From the NCBI GenBank assembly GCA_043797085.1, contig JAZDQA010000005.1, positions 1 to 64,000 of the forward strand: a DNA stretch of 64,000 nt. Direction: 5' to 3'. The notes below the pieces were generated by a model that did not search any database, was not told where the DNA came from, and worked only from the letters and a program-made list of their open reading frames with translations. Position 1 is the first letter of the stretch, and the number at the start of each line of letters is the position of its first letter. The translations under genes and the position numbers were made by a program. Shown piece after piece: positions 12,707-25,997 of this stretch. This stretch comes from Pseudomonadota bacterium (GTDB lineage Bacteria > Campylobacterota > Campylobacteria > Campylobacterales > Sulfurimonadaceae).

Positions 12707-13389
12707 TTATTATGATGCATTATTTTCATCGACAAGTACAGTTATGGGGAGAGGAGACACAACTCTCTCTTCAATCCAAACGAATTGCAATCATTGGAAG
12801 CGGTGGACTAGGTTCATCATTAGCATTTGCACTAGGAGCATCGGGGATCGGTGAGATTCATATGATTGATTTTGATACGGTAAGTCAGCATAATATTCAT
12901 CGTCAAATTGCTTTTAAATGCGGAGATGAGGATAAGTATAAAGCTCAACTGTGTGCAGAATTGATCGAAGCACGTTGTCCCTATGTAAAAGCGACTGCCC
13001 ATGTGTGTAATTTTGATGAATTTACGGAAAAATCCATTGATGTTGATTTGATTATTGATGCGACGGATAATCTTCCTTCTCGCGGTGCTATCAATACCTA
13101 TGCTATTTCTAAAGGGATACCGTGGGTGTATGGTTCTGTGGAAGCGTTTAACGGGCAAGTCTGCTTTTTTAAGGATGCATCTTTTAACGAACTTTTTAAA
13201 ATTACCCAAAAGACACCAGCTGGAATTGCAGCTCCTATTGTAATGCACATTGCTTCCTTGCAAGCAAATCTTGCTTTGCGCTTTCTTGCCGGATTGAGTG
13301 TGAAAAAAGATACGTTGTATTATCTCTTTTTTAACGATGAAGGGGAATTGGTAACGCAAAAGTTTGCATTACCTAAGAGTGAAAATTAA
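12703..13389 (+). CDS. HesA/MoeB/ThiF family adenylyltransferase
   Basis: GSGGLG, D.V..HNIHRQ, DATDN; start may be 12712. Confidence 0.88.
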   Translation: MIIMMHYFHRQVQLWGEETQLSLQSKRIAIIGSGGLGSSLAFALGASGIGEIHMIDFDTVSQHNIHRQIAFKCGDEDKYKAQLCAELIEARCPYVKATAHVCNFDEFTEKSIDVDLIIDATDNLPSRGAINTYAISKGIPWVYGSVEAFNGQVCFFKDASFNELFKITQKTPAGIAAPIVMHIASLQANLALRFLAGLSVKKDTLYYLFFNDEGELVTQKFALPKSEN

Positions 13390-13856
13390 AGAGCAGAGAT
13401 ATATTTTGCTAATGCATCGATTTGTGGATCGCTAAGCCCTTTTGCCTGTCCTTGCATGAGAGCTTTCATCTCTTTGCCGTACGTACCTGCTTGATACCCT
13501 TTTAAAGCATCTTTTATTTGAGTTTCACTCAATGTTGCAATAATCTGCGATTTACCGAGTGCCACCTTTTCAGCTTTTGCTCCATGACATGAAACACACT
13601 TTTGTCCATATAAAGTAGCAGCATCAACGGCTACATCAGTTGGGGCAGCGGGTTTTTCAACAACAGGTGATTCACTTACTATGGCAGATGGTTGTTCAAC
13701 AGCGGTTGTGGCAGGGATAGATGTTTGTTCGGATGTTGATAGATTATTTTCAACAACTGGAGTAGCTGATAACACCTCATTTGACGGTGCTTGTGAAGCA
13801 GATTCACTGCATCCGAGTAAAAAAAGCACGCAGGCTATGGATAAAACAATTTTCAT
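13386..13856 (-). CDS. Lipoprotein c-type cytochrome (c553-like) with Pro/Thr/Ala linker
   Basis: Lipobox LLGC, CVSCH heme motif, distal Met. Confidence 0.88.
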   Translation of the reverse strand: MKIVLSIACVLFLLGCSESASQAPSNEVLSATPVVENNLSTSEQTSIPATTAVEQPSAIVSESPVVEKPAAPTDVAVDAATLYGQKCVSCHGAKAEKVALGKSQIIATLSETQIKDALKGYQAGTYGKEMKALMQGQAKGLSDPQIDALAKYISAL

Positions 13857-13935
13857 GGAGATCTCCTAAATTTGATTAGGACAGTTTAGACTATTTTAGT
13901 TTTAGTGGATATTAAAAAATGGGGGAAAGAGAGAA

Positions 13936-13957
13936 ATTTCGTGCCGAGGCACGAAAT
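13936..13957 (-). terminator. Probable intrinsic terminator after the Ala/Pro-rich lipoprotein
   Basis: Hairpin ATTTCGTGC-4 nt-GCACGAAAT followed by a pyrimidine run on the minus strand. Confidence 0.6.
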
Positions 13958-13976
13958 AAAAGTGCTAAAGTTAAAA

Positions 13977-14207
13977 TTATTTAACTGGAGCAGCTTCAGC
14001 AGCAGGTGCAGCTTCAGCAGCAGGCGCAGCAGCATCAACAGCAGCAGCGTCAGCAGCAGGTGCTTCAACAGCAGCATCAGCAGCAGGCATAGCTTCAGCA
14101 GCAGGTGCTACTTCTTCAGTTGCAGCAGGTGCTGCTTCAGTTTTTGCAGATTCGCTGCACCCGATAAACATAGCAGCTAAAAGCATAGCAGAAACGATTT
14201 TCATCAT
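13977..14207 (-). CDS. Small Ala/Pro/Glu-rich lipoprotein (PAAEA repeats)
   Basis: Lipobox FIGC, AAGGAG RBS, repeats APAAEA/APAADA. Confidence 0.8.
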   Translation of the reverse strand: MMKIVSAMLLAAMFIGCSESAKTEAAPAATEEVAPAAEAMPAADAAVEAPAADAAAVDAAAPAAEAAPAAEAAPVK

Positions 14208-14234
14208 GTAAGACTCCTTAAGAAATATGGCGGA

Positions 14235-14265
14235 AGTATACCACTTTCCCCCCCACCTTTGTCAA
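14235..14265 (-). promoter_or_regulatory. sigma70-like promoter of the small lipoprotein
   Basis: TTGACA-19 nt (contains G7)-TATACT with extended TG. Confidence 0.55.
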
Positions 14266-14433
14266 GCGTTTTGATGAAAATGTGCAAAGTTTTTTTCAAA
14301 CTCCCAAAAATAGGGAGTTTGAAGAGCTTTATTTTTTGTCTTTAATTTTTTTGTTTACGCGTTTAACCGTTATTCCTCATCTTTTTATCAGATATAATCC
14401 TGTTTTTATTTTACAGCAAAAGAGATTCTTTCA

Positions 14434-15240
14434 ATGACATTCCCCTTTTCCCTTGTTCGCATGGTCCTTATGTTGACTTTATTTTTCGGCACGGCATTCG
14501 CTGCGGAGAAAAAAGTTCCTGTTTTATGTTATCACCGTTTCGGTGTGGAAGTCGCTGATTCGATGACGATTAAAAACTCCGCATTTGCTGAGCAGATGGA
14601 GTGGCTTAAAATGCACGGTTACACGGTAATCCCTCTCGATACGGCAATGGGCTATTTAAACGGTAAAATTAAAGCAATCCCTGCCAAATCGGTCGTCATC
14701 ACTGTCGATGACGGACACAAAAGTGTTTATACGGATATGGCACCGATAGTGAAAAAATACAAAATTCCCGTCACGCTCTTTATCTATCCCAGTGCGATCG
14801 CTAACGCCAAATATGCGATGAACTGGGAACAGTTACGCGAACTGGAAACAACGAAACTGTTTCGCGTCGAGTCACATACCTACTGGCACCCGAATTTCAA
14901 AAAAGAGAAGAAAAAACTCTCATCCGTGGAGTACACTAAATTTGTCGATAAACAGCTTGGCGGCGCGAAGAAAAAACTCGAAGAGCGTATGGGCCATGAG
15001 ATCAAGTATCTCGCATGGGTATTTGGTATATACGATGATGCGTTGCTCATTGATGCGAAAAGATCAGGATACGCGGCAGCATTTACGATTGATCGACAAC
15101 ATGCCTCATCCAGTGATAATGCAATGGCGTTGGGACGTTATATGGTTATTAGTAAACATACGATCAAAGATTTTGAGAGAATGGTGGACGGAACGGAAGA
15201 TCGGATGCTTCCTGCAAAAAAAGAGGTTATTGGGTATTAA
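14434..15240 (+). CDS. Exported polysaccharide deacetylase (CE4/NodB)
   Basis: Signal peptide, LCYHRF, TVDDG, SHTYWH. Confidence 0.9.
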   Translation: MTFPFSLVRMVLMLTLFFGTAFAAEKKVPVLCYHRFGVEVADSMTIKNSAFAEQMEWLKMHGYTVIPLDTAMGYLNGKIKAIPAKSVVITVDDGHKSVYTDMAPIVKKYKIPVTLFIYPSAIANAKYAMNWEQLRELETTKLFRVESHTYWHPNFKKEKKKLSSVEYTKFVDKQLGGAKKKLEERMGHEIKYLAWVFGIYDDALLIDAKRSGYAAAFTIDRQHASSSDNAMALGRYMVISKHTIKDFERMVDGTEDRMLPAKKEVIGY

Positions 15241-15284
15241 ATTGTTATAATGTACTTATAAAATTTCACTACAAAGACCGTACT

Positions 15285-16421
15285 TTGCACTTTGAACCGT
15301 ATCCTTTTGAAAAACTAGCCACTTTGCTGGAAGGGGTTATCCCAAATCCAGCCTATTCACCTATTGCACTTACGATTGGTGAACCACAATTTGATACTCC
15401 TGCGTTTATCCAAAAATCAATTTGCAAGCATTCCGAAGAGTTGCGCCGTTATCCTAAAACTGCCGGTGAAGCGACTCTTAATGATTCTATGAGAGCCTTT
15501 GTCCAAAGTCGTTTTGGCGTTGAGCTTAAAGCGAATGAACTTATTAGCTCATTTGGAACGCGTGAAGTGCTCTTTAATTTTCCTCAGTATTATTTGTTTG
15601 ATAAAAAAGAGCCGGTGATGGCGTATACGAATCCGTTTTATCAGATTTACGAGGGAGCGGCGATTGCTTCTCGCTCAAAAGTGATTCACCTCAATTTGAC
15701 CGAACAAAACGGTTTCAAGCCTGTGGTCAATGAAGACGAGCTTGCGGTTTGCGATTTGGTGATTTTGAATTTTCCGAATAATCCGACGGCTTCCGTATTG
15801 TCATTGGAAGAGTTGGGAGAATGGGTAAAGCTTGCATTGAAGCACGACTTTCTCCTTATTAATGATGAGTGTTACAGTGAGATTTACACAGCACAAAAAG
15901 TTCCTTCACTCCTCGAAGCTTCTGTTTACGTCGGTAATACGTCCTTTAAAAATGTCCTCGTCATTAACTCGATTTCTAAACGCTCTTCTGCTCCGGGATT
16001 ACGAAGCGGATTTATTGCAGGAGATACGGATATTTTAAAAGGGTACGCGCAGTATCGCACCTATGTCGGATGTGCATCCCCTCTCCCTCTTCAAGCGGCG
16101 GCAGCAATGGCGTGGGCGGATGATGAGCATGTGCAAGTGGCGCGTGATGTCTATGCTCAAAACTTTAAAGCGGCGCAGGAAATTTTAGGGATAGAGACGT
16201 CGGATGCAACGTTTTATATTTGGCTCAAAGTGCCTGATGCATTGGAATTTACACAGCGTCTTTACCGTGACTACAATGTCAAAGTTCTTCCCGGAGAATT
16301 TTTAGCACGAGAGAATAAAGCGGGTGAAAATCCCGGAATCGGCTATATTCGTATTGCATTGGTTGAAAAAACTATTAAAATTATACAAGCACTTAATCGC
16401 CTAAAGGAGGCACTGTCATGA
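15285..16421 (+). CDS. dapC: Succinyldiaminopimelate transaminase (class I PLP aminotransferase)
   Basis: PYPFEKL, IGEP, SKRSSAPGLRSGF; TTG start. Confidence 0.85.
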   Translation: MHFEPYPFEKLATLLEGVIPNPAYSPIALTIGEPQFDTPAFIQKSICKHSEELRRYPKTAGEATLNDSMRAFVQSRFGVELKANELISSFGTREVLFNFPQYYLFDKKEPVMAYTNPFYQIYEGAAIASRSKVIHLNLTEQNGFKPVVNEDELAVCDLVILNFPNNPTASVLSLEELGEWVKLALKHDFLLINDECYSEIYTAQKVPSLLEASVYVGNTSFKNVLVINSISKRSSAPGLRSGFIAGDTDILKGYAQYRTYVGCASPLPLQAAAAMAWADDEHVQVARDVYAQNFKAAQEILGIETSDATFYIWLKVPDALEFTQRLYRDYNVKVLPGEFLARENKAGENPGIGYIRIALVEKTIKIIQALNRLKEALS

Positions 16422-16879
16422 ACGAACTTAAAGAAAAAATACATCAAGCCCAAAGTGAAGGGGATATTGCATCCTTATATGTTCTCGAAGCACAGGCGCA
16501 TGAGATGTTTGATGATGATACCTTGATGGCATATTATGCAAATATTTTGGATTTAGCCTTGGAAAGATTGACGAATGCTTTAGAAAATCTCGAACGTCTT
16601 GATATGAATGAAGTGCAAGATTTTGCAACCCTTCGTGCTTTGTATGAGTATGCTGTTGAACATTACAGTGCGGATTCTGCTACGGATGCAAGTGCATTGT
16701 TTGAAGTCATCGGCGGATTGAGTGAAGATGAAGAGTTTAATATCGCGATGAAAATTCACCGAAGCGCATGCGATGCGAAGATACCGTTTGATAATTTTAT
16801 CGAAGAGTACGTGGATATGAATGCGGTACAAGAAAGCGGAAAATTTTATATCAGTTTTTTCACAAAGGAAATAGCATGA
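16418..16879 (+). CDS. Hypothetical acidic helical protein
   Basis: AAGGAGG RBS, ATGA-coupled on both sides. Confidence 0.8.
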   Translation: MNELKEKIHQAQSEGDIASLYVLEAQAHEMFDDDTLMAYYANILDLALERLTNALENLERLDMNEVQDFATLRALYEYAVEHYSADSATDASALFEVIGGLSEDEEFNIAMKIHRSACDAKIPFDNFIEEYVDMNAVQESGKFYISFFTKEIA

Positions 16880-18186
16880 AAATTCATTTTATCGGTATCG
16901 GCGGGATTGGTATTTCGGGATTAGCTAAGTACATGCGTTTTAGCGGACACGAAGTGAGCGGTTCGGATATGAAAGATACGCACATCACAGAGCTGTTGCG
17001 CAAGCGTGGGATTACGGTTTTTATCGGACATGATGCGCACAATATTCCTGAAGATTGTGAGCTAGTTATCCATTCAGCGATTATCAAACCCACGAATTCA
17101 GAAGTGGTTGAAGCAAAACGACGTGGGATTGAAGTATTGCACCGACGTGATGCCCTTTTGCGGATTTTGAACGAGAAAAAAGTCTATGCCGTATGCGGTG
17201 CGCACGGTAAAAGTACGACGACGGCGATTTTAGCGGCGATTATGGACGGAAGTGCGATTATTGGTGCGGAGTCCAAAGGCTTTGGTTCGAATGTTCGATA
17301 TGATGGAAGTACCGATGTATTGTTGTTTGAAGCCGATGAAAGTGATGGAAGTTTTCTTAACTCTAATCCGTATTGTTCGATTGTTACTAACGCCGAGCCT
17401 GAGCATATGGAGTATTACAACTACAACATCGATGAATTTCATCATGCCTATGCGCGTTTTATCGAGATGGGAAGCGTACGGGTTATCAATGCGGAAGATC
17501 CGTTTATGTCAACGTTGACGTGTGATGCCTTACGCCTTTATCCTAGTACTGATATTACGAATATCACGTATACTCTCATCGATGATGAACCATACACCCG
17601 TTTTCATCTCAAAGGGTTTGGTGAGTTTGAGGTGTGGGGGTTTGGGGAGCATATCGCGATGGATGCTGCGTTGGCGATTATGGCAGCGGCTCAGAGTATG
17701 AGTATTGCCTCTATCCGTGTCCATTTGCTTAACTTCCGTGGGATTAAAAAGCGTTTTGATGTGATTTTCAAAGGTTCTGATCGTGTTATCGTGGATGATT
17801 ATGCTCACCATCCGACCGAGATTAAAGCCACCATGCAATCGCTCAAAACCTATGCTGAGCTTAAAGGATTTGAGAAGGTTATTGCGATTTGGCAACCCCA
17901 TAAATACTCACGTACTGTGGATAATTTACCGGCATTTATCGAGTGTTTCGAGGGAGTGGATGAGCTGGTTATTCTTCCTGTCTGGCGTGCCGGTGAAGAG
18001 CATCGTGAGATTGATTTTGCGGGCGAATTTGGACGTTATAACCTCATTCTTGCCGATAAACTCCATAGAGAAGGGGATACTATCCAAGTTATCATTGGGG
18101 ATGAGGTTCTCAAAACGTATGATAAAGATTTAATCGTCGGATTTGGAGCGGGGGATTTGACCTACCAACTCAGAGGGATAAAGTAA
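16876..18186 (+). CDS. murC: UDP-N-acetylmuramate--L-alanine ligase
   Basis: GIGGIG, GAHGKSTT, EADESD, DDYAHHPTE. Confidence 0.96.
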   Translation: MKIHFIGIGGIGISGLAKYMRFSGHEVSGSDMKDTHITELLRKRGITVFIGHDAHNIPEDCELVIHSAIIKPTNSEVVEAKRRGIEVLHRRDALLRILNEKKVYAVCGAHGKSTTTAILAAIMDGSAIIGAESKGFGSNVRYDGSTDVLLFEADESDGSFLNSNPYCSIVTNAEPEHMEYYNYNIDEFHHAYARFIEMGSVRVINAEDPFMSTLTCDALRLYPSTDITNITYTLIDDEPYTRFHLKGFGEFEVWGFGEHIAMDAALAIMAAAQSMSIASIRVHLLNFRGIKKRFDVIFKGSDRVIVDDYAHHPTEIKATMQSLKTYAELKGFEKVIAIWQPHKYSRTVDNLPAFIECFEGVDELVILPVWRAGEEHREIDFAGEFGRYNLILADKLHREGDTIQVIIGDEVLKTYDKDLIVGFGAGDLTYQLRGIK

Positions 18187-18189
18187 TCA

Positions 18190-18519
18190 ATGGGATATTT
18201 GCTTTGGTTTGGGATTGTTGCGCTTATCTTTGCATTGATGCATTATTTTACGGAGTTAAACTATCGTCAAAAAGGGTTAATTTCTTTTGCAGTTACATTG
18301 ATGGTTGCAGGGGCGATTGCTTATAATCTGAAAAGTGATGCGCAAAGTGAGCATATTGCAAGCATGGAGCTGAGATTTAATAACGGTGAAACACTTACTT
18401 GCAGGAATGTTCAGGTCAATAAAAAAGAGTTTACTTACAGCGTTGGAACTCAAAGTTTTATCGGTAATAAAGATACACGATACGCATGGCAGATTTTTAG
18501 TGCGCAAGAGTGTGAATGA
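18190..18519 (+). CDS. Hypothetical membrane protein
   Basis: Two TM segments, in operon, overlaps the mutS2 start. Confidence 0.75.
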   Translation: MGYLLWFGIVALIFALMHYFTELNYRQKGLISFAVTLMVAGAIAYNLKSDAQSEHIASMELRFNNGETLTCRNVQVNKKEFTYSVGTQSFIGNKDTRYAWQIFSAQECE

Positions 18520-20735
18520 ATAGTCTCTCTCCTAATCTTGCCGAGCTCTTTGGCAAACTGGATCTTCTCCCTCATCTCAAAGCCTTAGAACATTTTTTTT
18601 CACGAGAGCAGAATATTGCCATTGGCGGAGATCAAGAACGCCATTATCGTTTTATCGAAGCGCTGGATTTGTTGGAATTTAAAGCACCACCGAAAAGTGT
18701 ACCGTTTGAAGGTAGTATTAATCATCTTAAAAAACAGGGTGTTTTACGTTTTGAGGATATGTTCGAACTGATTAAAATAGTCCGATATTTTAGGACAATG
18801 CGTAATAATGGTTATTCAGGACTCATCGGTGAATGGATGGGGACGATTGAAATCCCGCAAGCGTTTAGTGAAATTGATGAGTATTTTGATGTAACGGGTA
18901 TTTTTATTGAGTCTAAAGATGAAGAGCTTTTTCAACTGGGGAAGCGAATAAAAGCCATTAAATCCGATATCCAAGAATCGATCAAACGTCTTTTCTTCAC
19001 CCAAAAACTCTCACCCTATCTCGTTGATACCCAAATCCACTACATCAATGATGAAGAGTGTCTATTGGTTCGCGGAGGATTTAATCATGTCTTAAAAGGT
19101 GCGGTGATAGGACGTACGGGTGCGGGATTTTTCTACGTTGCCCCTGATAGTATCTTGCGCTCCAAAGAACAGCTTCGATATGTTAATCAAGAGCGTGATG
19201 CGGCATTGTATGCGTATGCTAAAAAGTTTAGTACAAAGCTTTCGCCCTTAACGCCGTTTATCGGGTTTATCGACCGTGAATTTGAACGATTAGACCATTA
19301 TCAAGCGCGTGTCCTTTTCGCTCGTGCGCACAATTATGCGATTGTTAAGCCTCAAAATAATAATGCTATCGTTTTGGATGAGTTTGCCCATCCTGCCTTG
19401 CACAAACCTAAGCCTATCAGTGTCGAGTTTCGCGGTAACTTGCTCATGATTACCGGAGTCAATGCCGGAGGGAAAACGATGCTTCTAAAATCCATCCTGA
19501 GTGCGTGTGCGATGGCAAAATATCTCATCCCGATGAAACTCAATCCCCATAAATCGCGTATAGGAAGTTTTAAACGTCTTGAAGCGGTGATTGATGACCC
19601 GCAAAGTGTGAGCAATGATATTTCGACGTTTGCAGGGCGGATGGTACAGTTTAGCCATCTTTTTGAACATAAAAATGCTTTGGTCGGAGTGGATGAGATA
19701 GAGTTGGGAACCGACAGCGATGAAGCAGCTGCACTTTTTGCCGTTGTGTTGGATGAACTCATCAAGCGGGGACAAAAAATCATCGTTACAACGCACCATA
19801 AACGCCTCGCTGCATTGATGGCAGACAGAGACGATGTTGAGCTTCTAGCAGCCATTTATGATGAAGAGCGACGTGTTCCGACGTATGAATTTTTAAACGG
19901 TACAATCGGTAAAAGTTATGCGTTTGAAACGGCGTTGCGGTATGGAATAAATGCAAACATCATTACCAAAGCCAAAGAAGTCTACGGTGAAAATCATGAA
20001 AAGCTCAATATTTTAATTGAGCGCGGAAGTGAGATGGAACGCAATCTAAAGCGTAAAAATAAAGAGGTCGATGAGAGACTGGATAGTTTAAAAGAGCAAG
20101 AACGGTTACTCAAAGAGGGACGTGAAACTTTACGCCAAGAACTTGACAGCGAAAAAAATCGTTTACGAGCCCAATACGATTTGGCAATCAATGAAGCCAA
20201 AGAAGCCGCACGCGGTCTGGATATGGCTGCCATTCATCGCCAGTTAAACAAAGCCACTGCACTGATTCCTAAAAATCCTGCGCCTAAGATTGCCCAACCT
20301 GAGCCGATAAAATACGAAGTGGGTCAAGCAGTCAAATACCGTGCGCAACGAGGAACGATAGTAAGTATCGGTGCAAAAGATGCGATGATCGAAGTGGAGG
20401 GGATGCGCTTACGTGTCAAACTCACAGAACTAAAACCAAGCGGTAATCTCCCGAAAAAAATCAAACCTTCCCATACCGCGCAGATTGACCAAAAGAGCGG
20501 TCTTAAACTCGATCTTCATGGATTACGAGGTGAAGAAGCGTGTGAAAAAGCCGATAAATTTTTGTCTGATGCACTTTTACAGGGTTTTGATGAGGTAATT
20601 ATTTATCACGGTATCGGGACGGGCAAACTCTCTTACGCTATCAAAGAGTTTTTAAAAATCCATCCAAGTGTCAAAAGTTTCACGGATGCTCCACAGCATT
20701 TAGGTGGGTTTGGGGCGAAGATTGTACGTTTGTAG
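18516..20735 (+). CDS. mutS2: Endonuclease MutS2
   Basis: TGVNAGGKT, DEIELGTD, C-terminal Smr domain (LDLHG, HGIGTG). Confidence 0.94.
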   Translation: MNSLSPNLAELFGKLDLLPHLKALEHFFSREQNIAIGGDQERHYRFIEALDLLEFKAPPKSVPFEGSINHLKKQGVLRFEDMFELIKIVRYFRTMRNNGYSGLIGEWMGTIEIPQAFSEIDEYFDVTGIFIESKDEELFQLGKRIKAIKSDIQESIKRLFFTQKLSPYLVDTQIHYINDEECLLVRGGFNHVLKGAVIGRTGAGFFYVAPDSILRSKEQLRYVNQERDAALYAYAKKFSTKLSPLTPFIGFIDREFERLDHYQARVLFARAHNYAIVKPQNNNAIVLDEFAHPALHKPKPISVEFRGNLLMITGVNAGGKTMLLKSILSACAMAKYLIPMKLNPHKSRIGSFKRLEAVIDDPQSVSNDISTFAGRMVQFSHLFEHKNALVGVDEIELGTDSDEAAALFAVVLDELIKRGQKIIVTTHHKRLAALMADRDDVELLAAIYDEERRVPTYEFLNGTIGKSYAFETALRYGINANIITKAKEVYGENHEKLNILIERGSEMERNLKRKNKEVDERLDSLKEQERLLKEGRETLRQELDSEKNRLRAQYDLAINEAKEAARGLDMAAIHRQLNKATALIPKNPAPKIAQPEPIKYEVGQAVKYRAQRGTIVSIGAKDAMIEVEGMRLRVKLTELKPSGNLPKKIKPSHTAQIDQKSGLKLDLHGLRGEEACEKADKFLSDALLQGFDEVIIYHGIGTGKLSYAIKEFLKIHPSVKSFTDAPQHLGGFGAKIVRL

Positions 20736-20770
20736 TAGAATAATGGAAATTTTAGAAAAAAAGGCTTTTT

Positions 20771-21712
20771 GTGTTTAAAGCGCTTCTTCGACCTTTGCTT
20801 CATGCGTTTAATTTTAAAAAAATTACAAAATTGGCAGAAAACGGTGATGCAAATGCCCAAAATAAACTGGCTAAAATGTATCATTTTGGATCGTATGTAG
20901 AGAAAAATGATGAAAAAGCACTCTATTGGTATACGAAATCGGCAAACCAAGAGAATCCTGAGTCTCAGAGTATTTTAGGTGAAATATATGAATACGGGCA
21001 TGGTGTTGTACGCGATGATGTTCAGGCATTTCATTGGTATAAAAAAGCGGCAGAGAATGGAAATTTGTATGCTCAAAACAGTTTAGGCTGGATGTACGAA
21101 AAAGGTAAAGGGATAGAAGAAAATTCTACTCAAGCGGTATGGTGGTATCGCAAGGCAGCCTTTCAGGGAGAAGTGGACGCACAGTTCAATCTAGGGATGA
21201 TGTACAACCTAGGGCATGGCGTTTTAAAAAATCATCATGAGGCATTCAGATGGTTCAACGAAGCAGCCCAAAAAAATCACGCTCCCGCACAAGCAAGTCT
21301 TGGGGCCCTTTATTTTGAGGGGCTTGGAATTCCTAAAAATGAAAAGATGGCGATGACTTTGTACCAAAAATCGGCAGACAATGGATTTGCCCCTGCACAG
21401 GCGTACATCGGGATGACGTGTGAAGCTAAAAATGAGATCAACGAGGCAATTGCTTGGTATCGTAAAGCAGCCCAACAAGGTGAATCTTCAGCCCTTACCA
21501 ATCTTGGGCTTATGTATGGGCTTGGGCAAAATGGTTTAAAAAATGAGATTATTGCTTATGGATTGCTTGAAATGGCAGTGATGAGCGGAAATGAAACGGC
21601 ATTGGATATACAAGACACCATCGCCAAATCTCTTACCGAATCCAAACTCGATCAAGCAAAAGCACTTGTGCATGATCCTGAGAAACTGTGGGAATTGATC
21701 GATAGTAGATAA
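20771..21712 (+). CDS. Sel1-repeat protein
   Basis: Repeated AQ..LG.MY..G.GV...A..WY.KAA.QG. Confidence 0.92.
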   Translation: MFKALLRPLLHAFNFKKITKLAENGDANAQNKLAKMYHFGSYVEKNDEKALYWYTKSANQENPESQSILGEIYEYGHGVVRDDVQAFHWYKKAAENGNLYAQNSLGWMYEKGKGIEENSTQAVWWYRKAAFQGEVDAQFNLGMMYNLGHGVLKNHHEAFRWFNEAAQKNHAPAQASLGALYFEGLGIPKNEKMAMTLYQKSADNGFAPAQAYIGMTCEAKNEINEAIAWYRKAAQQGESSALTNLGLMYGLGQNGLKNEIIAYGLLEMAVMSGNETALDIQDTIAKSLTESKLDQAKALVHDPEKLWELIDSR

Positions 21713-21745
21713 AATTTAAAGCTGAAATGAAAAGAGAATCGATTA

Positions 21746-22060
21746 ATGGCAAATAATTGGAAAATACCTGCTTGGTTAGAAAAAGAAGTGAGAGAGCGTG
21801 ATAAACAATGCGTTTATTGCGGAGCTAAATTTACACCAGCTAAAATTTCTAAAAAATCGGCAGCGAGTTGGGAACATATTATAAATGATGCTAAGATCAT
21901 CACGAGAGAAAATATAGCCCTTTGTTGTTGTGGATGCAATGCAAGTAAAGGACAAAAACAGCTTTCTGTTTGGTTGCAAACGCCATATTGTCAAGAACGT
22001 AGTATAAGTCCAGAAACCGTCTCACCAGTTATCAAACAAGCAATAGAAAATGGACAATAA
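21746..22060 (+). CDS. HNH endonuclease
   Basis: RD..CVYCG...WEHI...N....C.GCN.SK. Confidence 0.85.
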   Translation: MANNWKIPAWLEKEVRERDKQCVYCGAKFTPAKISKKSAASWEHIINDAKIITRENIALCCCGCNASKGQKQLSVWLQTPYCQERSISPETVSPVIKQAIENGQ

Positions 22061-25198
<3,138 letters not shown>

Positions 25199-25280
25199 AA
25201 TGCTCCTTATAACCCTAAAACTTTGGCGCAATGGTATCCTAAACAAAGTTATGTCACCATAACGCATTAGAATAGAATGG

Positions 25281-25997
25281 ATGAATATGCGACTTGATAG
25301 TTATTTGGTAGAATTAGGCTTAGTGGAAAGCCGCAATAAAGCGCAACAGTTGATAAAAGAGCACGCCGTGAGTGTGGATGGAAAAATTATTGATAAAGTA
25401 TCGTATGAAGCCGATGATACTATGAAAGTAGAGCTCTCAGATGTCGCTCAATACGTGAGTCGTGCAGCGATTAAACTCAAAGGTTTTTTACCATTTACCG
25501 AGTGGAATTTAAAAGGGCTTAATGCTCTTGATATTGGTTCAAGTACGGGTGGATTTACTCAGGTTTTACTTGAAGAAGGTGTGGAAAGTGTCACGTGCGT
25601 AGATGTAGGAAGCGATCAGCTGCATCCGAGTTTACGAAGTGATTCTCGCGTAAGTGTTCATGAAAATACGGATATTCGCCAATTTTCGAGAGAAAAAACC
25701 TATGAAATAGTAACGTGCGATGTCGCATTTATACCGTTGGAACTTATTTTAGAGTCAATTAATCAATTGGCATCAAAATACATTGTTGTTTTGTTTAAAC
25801 CACAGTTTCAAGTAGGACGCGAAGTTAAGCGTGATAAAAATGGTGTGGTGAAAGATAACAGTGCCGTAGGGAAAGCAATGATCCGTTTTGAGGATGCATG
25901 TGCATTGATAGGATGGAAATTGGTCGCTAAAGAAGTAGCACACATAGCGGGTAAAGAAGGAAATCAGGAGACGTGTTATGGATTTATCAAAGGTTGA
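25281..25997 (+). CDS. tlyA: TlyA family rRNA methyltransferase
   Basis: S4 domain RLD, YVSRAAIKL, DIGSSTGGFT, KPQF. Confidence 0.92.
   Translation: MNMRLDSYLVELGLVESRNKAQQLIKEHAVSVDGKIIDKVSYEADDTMKVELSDVAQYVSRAAIKLKGFLPFTEWNLKGLNALDIGSSTGGFTQVLLEEGVESVTCVDVGSDQLHPSLRSDSRVSVHENTDIRQFSREKTYEIVTCDVAFIPLELILESINQLASKYIVVLFKPQFQVGREVKRDKNGVVKDNSAVGKAMIRFEDACALIGWKLVAKEVAHIAGKEGNQETCYGFIKG

Noticed and set aside
13905..14180. Ser-rich plus-strand ORF
   Set aside because: Antisense shadow of the GCA/GCT-rich lipoprotein gene
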